64,000 nucleotides of DNA from a virus. Positions 56,345 to 64,000 of the stretch are shown here, piece by piece (position 1 is the stretch's first letter; each line of letters opens with the position of its first letter). Position numbers and translations under genes: made by a program. Under the pieces are notes generated by a model. It was not told the origin of the DNA. It saw nothing but the letters and a program-made list of their open reading frames with translations, and made no database searches. The DNA lies in the IMG/VR virus record IMGVR_UViG_3300021255_002737. One strand, written 5' to 3'.

Positions 56345-56608
56345 ATGCTTTGGACAGACGGCAATGGGCATTGGACGAACAGCGTTAGAACAGCAAGGGA
56401 TGGTAATTATTACAACCCATCTGCAAGGGAATTGTATGACTATATCGATGAGGAAACAGACAAGACTCAGTCCTGGGATGCAGTTGATGACGATGCATAT
56501 GACCAGTTGGTTTATTATTGTGGTCTTGATATTGGCGACTATGATAACAGGGATGACCTTATGGATGATTGCCTTGTAGAAATTGAGAAGGAGGAAAAGG
56601 AGCGATAA
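56345..56608 (+). CDS. Hypothetical acidic protein
   Basis: 87-aa ORF; the last gene of the plus-strand arm. Confidence 0.6.
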   Translation: MLWTDGNGHWTNSVRTARDGNYYNPSARELYDYIDEETDKTQSWDAVDDDAYDQLVYYCGLDIGDYDNRDDLMDDCLVEIEKEEKER

Positions 56609-56644
56609 GATGAATCTAAAGACGGGCAAAAGGATACGATAATA

Positions 56645-56688
56645 CAAAAAACAAGGACTACCATTAAGATAGCCCTTGTTTTTTTTAT
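56645..56688. terminator. Bidirectional rho-independent terminator at the convergence of the plus and minus arms
   Basis: AAAAAACAAGG-...-CCTTGTTTTTTTT. Confidence 0.7.
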
Positions 56689-57236
56689 TGCTTGCGTTTG
56701 CAGTTTTGACAATAGGTACAAAAGGATTCACAATTCTGGGACTTGAGATATTCAGGAAGGTGGCAACGGACTTTCCCATCTGGATCAGTGACATTTCTTG
56801 CAACGTCCATTGGATACCGTAGCTTATCCTTTGGCGTCGTAGCGAATAACATAGGTGAGTCCTTTTTCAGCAAGGTGCGTAACTCAGGTTTTACCTTGGA
56901 AATACGCTGCATATGCCGTATAACAGAGCTGCGTGTGTAATGAAGTTCTCTTGCAATCTGCTCTTGGGTAAATCCCCTAGCTGTCATTAAAAACATCTGC
57001 CAGTCATCGTCTGAGAGGTTTGCTTTTAGGTCACAGAGGGTTTTCATGAGTTCCGCTTTCTTCTCTTGGTTCACCAATACGCTACATGGTTCCTCTCCAG
57101 ACTCAACGTAATCCATTGGCATAACATTGGACTTATTCTGGCTCCAATCCATGTAATTGATTCGACGTTGGAGATCATTGACATCAATGCGCCCCGCATT
57201 GTAGTCGTCAAGGAATTGCTCGATTGCATCCTTCAT
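56685..57236 (-). CDS. Sigma-70 region-4-like HTH regulator with a C-terminal Cys cluster (possible phage sigma or late activator)
   Basis: FLMTARGFTQEQIARELHYTRSSVIRHMQRI and C-terminal CHLPEYLKSQNCESFCTYCQNC. Confidence 0.6.
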   Translation of the reverse strand: MKDAIEQFLDDYNAGRIDVNDLQRRINYMDWSQNKSNVMPMDYVESGEEPCSVLVNQEKKAELMKTLCDLKANLSDDDWQMFLMTARGFTQEQIARELHYTRSSVIRHMQRISKVKPELRTLLKKDSPMLFATTPKDKLRYPMDVARNVTDPDGKVRCHLPEYLKSQNCESFCTYCQNCKRKQ

Positions 57237-57550
57237 ACAATCACCGCCTTACGAATGAGGTTCATGCGGTTCTCTGACTTGTTAAAGGCTGTATTGGCTG
57301 ATACTTTATCCCCAAAAGCAGTTGCACCGATGATAATGGAACCATCTGGGAGCACTCTATTCCCCTTGTCATTCTTCCCTGCTTTCTTCTTGACATCCAG
57401 ATAACGAACGTCATGGGAATAGCCCTTCATGCAATTCAGCAGTGAGTCTACATCCTTTGTGGCAATGGTCATGCAGTACAGAAACCCTGTGTCTCCATAG
57501 TCAATCAGGATTCTGATAATAGTCATCCCGTTAAGGTTCTTTTGTCTCAT
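57233..57550 (-). CDS. Hypothetical protein
   Basis: 105-aa ORF. Confidence 0.6.
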   Translation of the reverse strand: MRQKNLNGMTIIRILIDYGDTGFLYCMTIATKDVDSLLNCMKGYSHDVRYLDVKKKAGKNDKGNRVLPDGSIIIGATAFGDKVSANTAFNKSENRMNLIRKAVIV

Positions 57551-57963
57551 TTTCCTGTACTCCCAAAACCGCCACGATTTTCATCATCAAGATGGTCAAC
57601 GGACTCAATAGAGACTTCTGGCATCTTCTTGACGATACGGAACTGAGCAATGCGATCTCCAACGGAAATCTTGCCAGCCCTCAAGGAATAAGCAGGGAAT
57701 CCCCAAATATCGTTTTGGCCAGAGTACGCGCCGTCGATTACGCCGAGGGAATTGGTCATGATAATGCCATAGTGTTTGAATGTGGACGAACGCGGTAAAA
57801 GATGTGCTTCATAGTCATCTGGGAGCTTGCACGAGAATCCCAATGGAATGAGAAAAGAGATACCTGCGGGATACGTGATATTTACAGAGGATTTAACGTC
57901 AATCCAGTCGCCGTGTTTTTCAAATTCACATTTTGGGTTATGGTATTTTACTTTAATATTCAA
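57547..57963 (-). CDS. dut: dUTP diphosphatase
   Basis: Motifs LLPRSS, GVIDGAYSG, VGDRIAQ and RGGFGSTG. Confidence 0.9.
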   Translation of the reverse strand: MNIKVKYHNPKCEFEKHGDWIDVKSSVNITYPAGISFLIPLGFSCKLPDDYEAHLLPRSSTFKHYGIIMTNSLGVIDGAYSGQNDIWGFPAYSLRAGKISVGDRIAQFRIVKKMPEVSIESVDHLDDENRGGFGSTGK

Positions 57964-58154
57964 TGGAAAGCCTCCTGTTCTACAATTTGAGTCTTGGTTA
58001 CTTCATGGATTTTATATCGGACTAAAGGGTGTTTGCCGTGTAATTCCGACGCCTTTTCCATTGCAGCGGCAACGGTAGAGCGCATTGCCCACACGTTGCC
58101 ATGACTGTCTGCAATGAGATATGCCTTAATCGACAACACCGAAGTCCTTTGCAT
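57960..58154 (-). CDS. Hypothetical small protein
   Basis: 64-aa ORF. Confidence 0.5.
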   Translation of the reverse strand: MQRTSVLSIKAYLIADSHGNVWAMRSTVAAAMEKASELHGKHPLVRYKIHEVTKTQIVEQEAFH

Positions 58155-58746
58155 ATGGCAGGGTTTTCACCATGTCACAGAATACATGCCAATGAGGGAG
58201 TCTATGGTTCTTGCGCTGTCTGTAAATGGTTTTCAGCTGCAAGTAATTTGTGGAAACCCTTGCGGTCAGATTGAGTCCAACAGGACAAGACAAAAGAAGT
58301 TTAAGATATGCTTTCTTGGCTGCTTTTGTTGTCTTTTCGTTCCCTGTCTGTTTTGCAATCTCTTGTTTGACAAGGTAATCATTCTGTAATTCCATCATGA
58401 TGTCAACCATTCGATTGTCTACGGATTCATCCATACATGTTCTAATGTCCATTTTGGAGAGTCTATGCATAGTGGACTGGGAAGATACAATGTCGAACCA
58501 ATGGTATCGTTCTGCTTCCGTCCAGACTTTAACAGGAGCTTTCAGATCAAACTGCACAATGATTCCTTTTAATGCACAGTCATGCCCTGAACCAGCAGGT
58601 GAAGAACCGAGTCTTGTCATGCGGAGAATATCCTTGTCTGTACATTCATTGGACCTTGGCTCATTGGACTTCATAGGAAATCCCGATGCAGCACAGGATT
58701 CATTCAGACCATATACGTGTATATTCTTGACTTCTAACAATGTCAT
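58126..58746 (-). CDS. Hypothetical protein with weak ThyX-like features
   Basis: 206 aa. ERYHWFDIVSSQSTMHRL aligns loosely with the ThyX RHRxxSxxxxSxRY box, but the Arg/His residues are not conserved. Confidence 0.3.
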   Translation of the reverse strand: MTLLEVKNIHVYGLNESCAASGFPMKSNEPRSNECTDKDILRMTRLGSSPAGSGHDCALKGIIVQFDLKAPVKVWTEAERYHWFDIVSSQSTMHRLSKMDIRTCMDESVDNRMVDIMMELQNDYLVKQEIAKQTGNEKTTKAAKKAYLKLLLSCPVGLNLTARVSTNYLQLKTIYRQRKNHRLPHWHVFCDMVKTLPYAKDFGVVD

Positions 58747-59705
58747 TCCCCTTTCTTCATCTGATACTCTGGGTTGATAACCTTGAAGGAAAAGCGATTG
58801 CCTGGGAAACCTTGCAGCCCTTCAATGGGTTCAATCGGACGGATTACAATGCCCTCTCTAGGGAAATTGCCAAAGGTACTATTGCCGATTGCCATCTTCA
58901 CTAATTCGTCAATATTGTCAGTCAGGGCAAACTCATTGACAATCGGAACCGTGTCAACGTTGTGGAAACCAAGGAATACATCCATAGTATCCTGGTCGAA
59001 ATATCCATGCTTGGCGATGTCATACACTGAGAAAACATAGATATGATGCTCAGGTAAATGCAGGTGGTTGCCCTGTTGTTTTGGCCCGACAAATTCACCC
59101 TGAATAGCAATGTCTTTATCCAGATTGGAAATGAAATCAAGGAGCCCCTGTTTCTCTGCTGTTCTGAACATGGGAGACGTATTGTCTACTTCACGTTTCC
59201 TTGTACAGACACCAATATGGCCTTTGCTGCGGAAAATCGTACAGGATGAACCGTCGAGCTTTTCAGTAGCATAACAGGGAACGCCTTTGTACTTCGTGAG
59301 CAGTTCTGGAATATTCTGTGCTCGTACTTCGTCTGTCTTAGGAATGTACCAAGGGAAAGCACCGACGGTATCCATTGGCTGTTCTGGGGGTTCATATTTT
59401 ACAATGCCAAGTTCCTTTGTCATATCCGTGCCAACAGGTGCACCTCCGTGATATTCCAGTGCAATGCCCTGAGAATATACACCGCGAATCTTCTGGAGTT
59501 TGATATGGGATTTACCTTTGAGAAAAGCAAAGGTCTCATTCTTCGGACAAATACTGTCTGTCTCAATGTAGATAACCTTGTCCCCAACATGGTATCCTTT
59601 GGGAACAACACATTGAAAACCTTCGATATGTGCCAATTCAATACGGTCTGCATTTTCAATCGGTGTAAGGTTACGGATTACCTGTACAGATGCCAATTTT
59701 CTCAA
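58743..59705 (-). CDS. RNA ligase (nucleotidyltransferase with N-terminal OB-like domain)
   Basis: Motif I ATEKLDGSS. N-terminus KLASVQVIRNLTPIENADRIELAHIEGF is typical of the DRB0094-type family. Confidence 0.7.
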   Translation of the reverse strand: MRKLASVQVIRNLTPIENADRIELAHIEGFQCVVPKGYHVGDKVIYIETDSICPKNETFAFLKGKSHIKLQKIRGVYSQGIALEYHGGAPVGTDMTKELGIVKYEPPEQPMDTVGAFPWYIPKTDEVRAQNIPELLTKYKGVPCYATEKLDGSSCTIFRSKGHIGVCTRKREVDNTSPMFRTAEKQGLLDFISNLDKDIAIQGEFVGPKQQGNHLHLPEHHIYVFSVYDIAKHGYFDQDTMDVFLGFHNVDTVPIVNEFALTDNIDELVKMAIGNSTFGNFPREGIVIRPIEPIEGLQGFPGNRFSFKVINPEYQMKKGE

Positions 59706-59953
59706 TGGAAATCACTCTCTTTCTTTACAAGACTCTTTGCGTTGAACCATGACTTACGTACATCACAATATCCATTCTTGTCAGTCCCAATAGTTTCAAC
59801 TTGGGCTTTCTGTGTGATTTTACCCGTGTCAGGATCAAGAAGCTCCTTGAGTCCAATGACAATCCCTTCTGATTCTAACGGCTTATACATGCGACCAATG
59901 ATGATAACCTTGTCTCCAAGGGTCAACATGTGATTTGCAATGTCTTTAATCAT
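59702..59953 (-). CDS. Small SH3-like protein
   Basis: Start refined to MIKDIANH. LGDKVIIIG motif. Confidence 0.55.
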   Translation of the reverse strand: MIKDIANHMLTLGDKVIIIGRMYKPLESEGIVIGLKELLDPDTGKITQKAQVETIGTDKNGYCDVRKSWFNAKSLVKKESDFH

Positions 59954-60182
59954 TAGATTCACCACTTTCTAAGACAATGACATTCTTTGGTTTTACCCAT
60001 GAATACTGAAACCGTCCATTGTAATGCTCTATACATAATCGTCCTTCTGGGTTAAAGTTACGGAATTTCAGGCCAAGTTTGTTGTAGTATTCCTTGATGG
60101 AAACAACCATACCCGCTACACCAACATTAATGGCGTAAACCTCGTCGCCAAGGTGTATCGTTGAACCAAGTTTATCAATCAT
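59946..60182 (-). CDS. Small SH3-like protein
   Basis: HLGDEVYAINVG motif. Confidence 0.55.
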   Translation of the reverse strand: MIDKLGSTIHLGDEVYAINVGVAGMVVSIKEYYNKLGLKFRNFNPEGRLCIEHYNGRFQYSWVKPKNVIVLESGESND

Positions 60183-60261
60183 ACTGTCCCTCCTTTGAAA
60201 TCATTAAGATAATGGGATTCCCCACAGCGGGGGAGCATTAGCATTCTGTAACGTCACCATG

Positions 60262-60723
60262 TCATTCCTCCATATACCAATGGTTGTCCTTGTCTTTCTT
60301 CCAGATATGCTGATTGGATGAACCACGGAAAGGAATATCTGTCCCATGATATTTCTCAACGTATTTGCCATCAATCAGACAATCAATATCTTGAAGATCG
60401 TCTTTATCAAAGGATAGGAAGGAAAATCCAGTGTACATTGTCGTATGCAATCCATTTTGTTTTGCCCATCTTGCAATTTCTTTTACTTGCCACATTTGAT
60501 ATGCAGGGTCGCCGCCAGAAAATGTAACGCCATCAATAAATCCGATATAGGATTTGATTTGTTTCATAATCACATCTACTGGAATTTCATCGCCGTCGTT
60601 GAAATCCCATGTGGATGGATTTTGACAGCCTTTACAGTGATGTTGACAGCCCTGAGTAAAAATGACATAGTTAATACCTTTTCCATCAAAAAGACTCGTA
60701 GGTCTTAATCCTGCAATTCTCAA
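60262..60723 (-). CDS. nrdG: Anaerobic ribonucleotide reductase activating protein (radical SAM)
   Basis: GCQHHCKGCQNP (CxxxCxxC) and TFSGGDP. Confidence 0.9.
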   Translation of the reverse strand: MRIAGLRPTSLFDGKGINYVIFTQGCQHHCKGCQNPSTWDFNDGDEIPVDVIMKQIKSYIGFIDGVTFSGGDPAYQMWQVKEIARWAKQNGLHTTMYTGFSFLSFDKDDLQDIDCLIDGKYVEKYHGTDIPFRGSSNQHIWKKDKDNHWYMEE

Positions 60724-62849
60724 AGAGCATCACCACCTGCATGAGAAATACGGTCACGGGACTCTGCAACTTTACCTGCATTGAAGTGATCCTCTGTAGA
60801 AAGGTATCCCGTAATGATTTTGGTCTCCTTGTAATTCGTACTGCCACACTTTGGGCATTTACCATCGGAAAAAGTACCCTGATAATGGCAGCCATTGCAG
60901 AAATCCATTACCCAGTTCACGCCACCATATACGATGCCACTGTCGGCGATGTAATTCAGGAGCTTCAACAATCCCTCTTTGTTGTATTTCGGTGAACGTC
61001 CTACTTCAATGTAGAAAATATCACCTGCATTGCAAAGGAGATGATATGGAGCTTCAATGTCAACTTTCTGCTTCATATCGACATGACACGAAACAGGAAC
61101 ATGATTGCCATTAGTAAAGTACTCCTTGTCTGTCACTCCATTTACAATGCCAAATTCATTACGACATTTCTTGAGCAGCGTATAGCAAGCACTCTCGGCA
61201 GGACTAGCGAACGTTGCGAAGTTCAAATGGTATTTTTCCGTGGCTGCATCTGTCTCGTGACGGATATAGCCAATAATTTTCAGGCCAAGTTCCTGAGCTT
61301 CCTTGCTTTCACCATGGTGTTTTCCCGTAAGAGCAGTAAGGCACTCTGCAAGACCAAGGAATCCAACGGAAAGACTACCGTTCTTTACCATCTGCTCAAC
61401 GGTATCATCGGGTTTGAGTCCTTCATGTCCCTGCCACCACTGTCCAACAAATGGAATGTCCTTAACCTTGAGATTCTTCACGACATCATAGCGTTCCAGA
61501 AGTTCGTTGATTGCATCGGAAACGACTTCATGGAAATAGGACGTGAACTCATCCATGACATCCGTGCCGTTTTCCTTTGCTCTATGCTTTGCTTCCAGTG
61601 CGACATACGGTAAGGAAATCGTATTGAAGAACAGATTACCTCTTGCGTTTGTATCGGCACTGCCATTGACATTGCCACGGACAGCCGTGCGGCATCCCAT
61701 CGTTCCAATGTTATCCAGTGACATTCCCTTGTATGCAGGAGAATCAGCAAAGACAAAACGCGGCTGGATACGCTTACCAATGCAATCCAGTGCTAAATCT
61801 GTGATGCCAAAATTGGGTTCGCCTGGCTTAGAATTGATACCCTTTTTGAATCTATAGCAAAGGTTCGGGAAAATCGGGTTCTCGCCATTGCCAAGACCTG
61901 CGATATATGCTTTGAAAAGGTTCTTAGAAATCATTCTTGCCCACTCGGATTCATCCGTACCGAAGTTTACAGAGCTAAATGTGACCTGTGCGCCACTACG
62001 GGAACGCATGGTATTCATGTTATACACAAAGGCTTCCATTGCCTGATAAACGGCTTTTTCCGTGTGCTGCAATGCAAGTTTCTCTGCTCTCTCGTGATTG
62101 ACATAGCCGCCACTGACAACCCTCATGTCATCTTCAATGCGTTTCTTCTGCCATTCGTATTCCTTTTCGACATACGTCGCAAGGTCAGTGTCAAAACGAA
62201 GGAATCCCTGACCGCCGAACATATCGTTCTGGGAACTCTGGAGGATGATACAAGACAAGGCAACTGCACTAGAAATGCGTTTCGGGGAACGGATACTGCC
62301 GACACCATTGTCAAATCCATGAGAAAGCATGTCGCCCAACGGATTAAAGAAGCAATTCCATGTCAGGCCATAGTATCCAAGATCGTGGATATACACAATG
62401 CCTTTCTTGTGATTCTCTGCGAACTTCGGTGTCATGCGAGAGAGGAAATACGGTTTAGATACAGACTCAGCAATGCCATACATCTTGGAAGCAGCAGAGT
62501 TCTGTGTATTGGCGTTGTCGTGGTTCATTTCTGCAACAAGAGTACCAACGTTTTTCATGAGGTTGCTCTTTGCCATGCGAACCTCATTGCGTTTCTGTCT
62601 GTAAAGGATATATTCTTTAGCACATTTTTTATCGTGCTTCATCAAGGACTTCTCTACGCTGTCATGAATGGTATCAACAGACACATCCTTGTTAGCCGTA
62701 CTGAATTTCTTGTCCATTTCCTCTGCGACTTTTGTAGCGAGCTGTTCATTGAACTTCCCGTAAACACTCATTGTTGTTTTCAGTACAGCATCGTGTACTT
62801 TCTTCGCCTTGAACTCCTCTACCCTTCCGTCGTGCTTGATTACTACCAT
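60720..62849 (-). CDS. nrdD: Anaerobic ribonucleoside-triphosphate reductase
   Basis: N-terminal ATP-cone (VIKHDGRVEEF). C-terminal Zn site CNGC...CPKCG. Glycyl-radical tail ITGYLS...FNAGK. Confidence 0.9.
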   Translation of the reverse strand: MVVIKHDGRVEEFKAKKVHDAVLKTTMSVYGKFNEQLATKVAEEMDKKFSTANKDVSVDTIHDSVEKSLMKHDKKCAKEYILYRQKRNEVRMAKSNLMKNVGTLVAEMNHDNANTQNSAASKMYGIAESVSKPYFLSRMTPKFAENHKKGIVYIHDLGYYGLTWNCFFNPLGDMLSHGFDNGVGSIRSPKRISSAVALSCIILQSSQNDMFGGQGFLRFDTDLATYVEKEYEWQKKRIEDDMRVVSGGYVNHERAEKLALQHTEKAVYQAMEAFVYNMNTMRSRSGAQVTFSSVNFGTDESEWARMISKNLFKAYIAGLGNGENPIFPNLCYRFKKGINSKPGEPNFGITDLALDCIGKRIQPRFVFADSPAYKGMSLDNIGTMGCRTAVRGNVNGSADTNARGNLFFNTISLPYVALEAKHRAKENGTDVMDEFTSYFHEVVSDAINELLERYDVVKNLKVKDIPFVGQWWQGHEGLKPDDTVEQMVKNGSLSVGFLGLAECLTALTGKHHGESKEAQELGLKIIGYIRHETDAATEKYHLNFATFASPAESACYTLLKKCRNEFGIVNGVTDKEYFTNGNHVPVSCHVDMKQKVDIEAPYHLLCNAGDIFYIEVGRSPKYNKEGLLKLLNYIADSGIVYGGVNWVMDFCNGCHYQGTFSDGKCPKCGSTNYKETKIITGYLSTEDHFNAGKVAESRDRISHAGGDAL

Positions 62850-62860
62850 CTACACATCAC

Positions 62861-63259
62861 TCACTTTCTGTTGTTTAACATTGCCTTGATTTTATTTCTA
62901 TATTTCTTGGCTTCATTCCGGTCGCGGAATACGTTGCCAAAAATACCAATGTGTTTGCAGCTGTATGCCCAATCCTTCTGCTTGATTTCCCCATCAATAT
63001 CGATGTAACAAAATGTCTCCCCGATATGCATCGGTTCCCATTTATCAGGACATGGCGTAATATCCGTTGTCCCTGAAAACATTGCACCGAGCTGATTCAG
63101 TTGGGCAACATTGCCACCTCTATCGTAAATACCATGGTCAGTGATTCTGTATGGACATCCATAGATGTACCCTGTAGCTACCCTGACGTAGAATGGCTGG
63201 TTCATTTCTACACCGAGATACTCAGCCATCTTCTTATATTTCTCACACCGATCCATCAT
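62861..63259 (-). CDS. Hypothetical protein
   Basis: 132-aa ORF. Confidence 0.6.
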   Translation of the reverse strand: MMDRCEKYKKMAEYLGVEMNQPFYVRVATGYIYGCPYRITDHGIYDRGGNVAQLNQLGAMFSGTTDITPCPDKWEPMHIGETFCYIDIDGEIKQKDWAYSCKHIGIFGNVFRDRNEAKKYRNKIKAMLNNRK

Positions 63260-63626
63260 TGAACCTCCTGATTCTCATTTCTAACCGAGGATTTTCACGG
63301 TCAACACTGAAATCCTGTTGTCGACACAATAGCCATCGGTCGTTATTGACAATCCCTGCATTCTGAATGGAATCACAAAGAAGTTTCAACGAGTTGGAAC
63401 AGTCACGTATCCGTCTATCAGGCCAATAGTGCCATAGGTCAACAATGACTTTCTCGTTCCCAACCGTTTGCCATCCCTGTTCTTCCATTGCAGATCGCAT
63501 GGAATCCTCTGCGTTTTTCATCCACTCTTTCCCGCGCTTATTCAGGATTTTCATGCCCTTACGATAGAAGAACGCATGATTTTCCGTGATAGGCACGGGA
63601 ATGGTGATGAGCAGCTCCCTAGTCAA
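63243..63626 (-). CDS. rusA: RusA-family Holliday junction resolvase
   Basis: RRIRDCSNSLKLLCDSIQNAGIVNNDRW. Confidence 0.75.
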   Translation of the reverse strand: MTRELLITIPVPITENHAFFYRKGMKILNKRGKEWMKNAEDSMRSAMEEQGWQTVGNEKVIVDLWHYWPDRRIRDCSNSLKLLCDSIQNAGIVNNDRWLLCRQQDFSVDRENPRLEMRIRRFNDGSV

Positions 63627-63853
63627 TACTGAATGCTTCCTTTAGATATTTCGTTCATTTCACTACCTCTAATTACTACATCCAATTGCTCGCCATCAAG
63701 TACATATTCATCGCCGCTATTCAACGCTACACGGTAAACGTTATTACCGAAGTCATAGGTAATCACGCCAATGGGATATGTGTATTCGATACATCCCTTC
63801 ATGTAGAGTGGTGGGTTATACTTGATAGCCACCTTGTCACCAACGTGAAACAT
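63623..63853 (-). CDS. Small SH3-like protein
   Basis: MFHVGDKVAIKYN motif. Confidence 0.55.
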   Translation of the reverse strand: MFHVGDKVAIKYNPPLYMKGCIEYTYPIGVITYDFGNNVYRVALNSGDEYVLDGEQLDVVIRGSEMNEISKGSIQY

Positions 63854-64000
63854 ATTGAAACCTCCTTATTGTCAATGACAACTATAATTGTCAATCGAGA
63901 CATAGTTAGTCGATTTCCCAACAATCCGGTGTGTCATGCAATGCACAACCATAGTGGGTGATATTGTTATCATACGGATACTCAATGGATAATGGACAAT

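Noticed and set aside
1-64000. Stop-codon reassignment (for example TAG recoding), suggested by the CUA-loop tRNA-like gene
   Set aside because: All large structural and replication genes are long uninterrupted ORFs under the standard code, and TAG terminates dnaE at the expected protein end. Genome-wide recoding is not supported.
1-64000. CRISPR array, retron, DGR or transposon
   Set aside because: The repeated hairpins are not arranged as regular repeat-spacer units. No Cas, reverse transcriptase or transposase ORF was recognised.

Overview
This window looks like most of a tailed dsDNA phage or prophage genome from a Gram-positive, probably anaerobic Bacillota host. The host inference rests on a PBSX-type XhlA/holin/amidase lysis cassette, anaerobic NrdD/NrdG, and GGAGG-type ribosome-binding sites. 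There are three transcription arms. (1) Minus strand, 175-47427: DnaE replicase, about 20 small early genes, lysis cassette, long non-contractile tail module, head module, terminase, two tRNA-type genes, antirepressors, PAPS-reductase-like and PhoH-like genes, and a Cro/CI-like repressor. (2) Plus strand, 47717-56608: a plasmid-like accessory arm with a RadC/JAB protein, a DUF2786-like protein, a small tyrosine recombinase and a Bro-N antirepressor. (3) Minus strand, 56685-63853: sigma-like regulator, dUTPase, RNA ligase, NrdG/NrdD and RusA.

The signals I consider most worth follow-up:
- The tape measure gene is split by a 262-nt ORF-less element with group I intron hallmarks. It has R/S core boxes, P1 with a U.G splice-site pair, a 6/6 P10, a terminal G and an in-frame exon junction.
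- A 155-aa mini-intein sits inside the FNK|SHS motif of DnaE.
- A tRNA-like gene has canonical acceptor, D and T arms but two helix insertions, and a 7-nt loop presenting CUA.
- Three unusually long non-coding regions (21171-21940 inside the tail operon, 41748-42523 next to the tRNAs, 45484-47196) are built from shared hairpin families with compensatory stem substitutions.
- A roughly 50-nt element is present in three copies.
- A perfect 19-nt parallel-complementary pyrimidine/purine tract pair lies in the third non-coding region.

No CRISPR array, Cas gene, reverse transcriptase or transposase was recognised. All functional calls come from motif recognition by eye and synteny; no database search was run.
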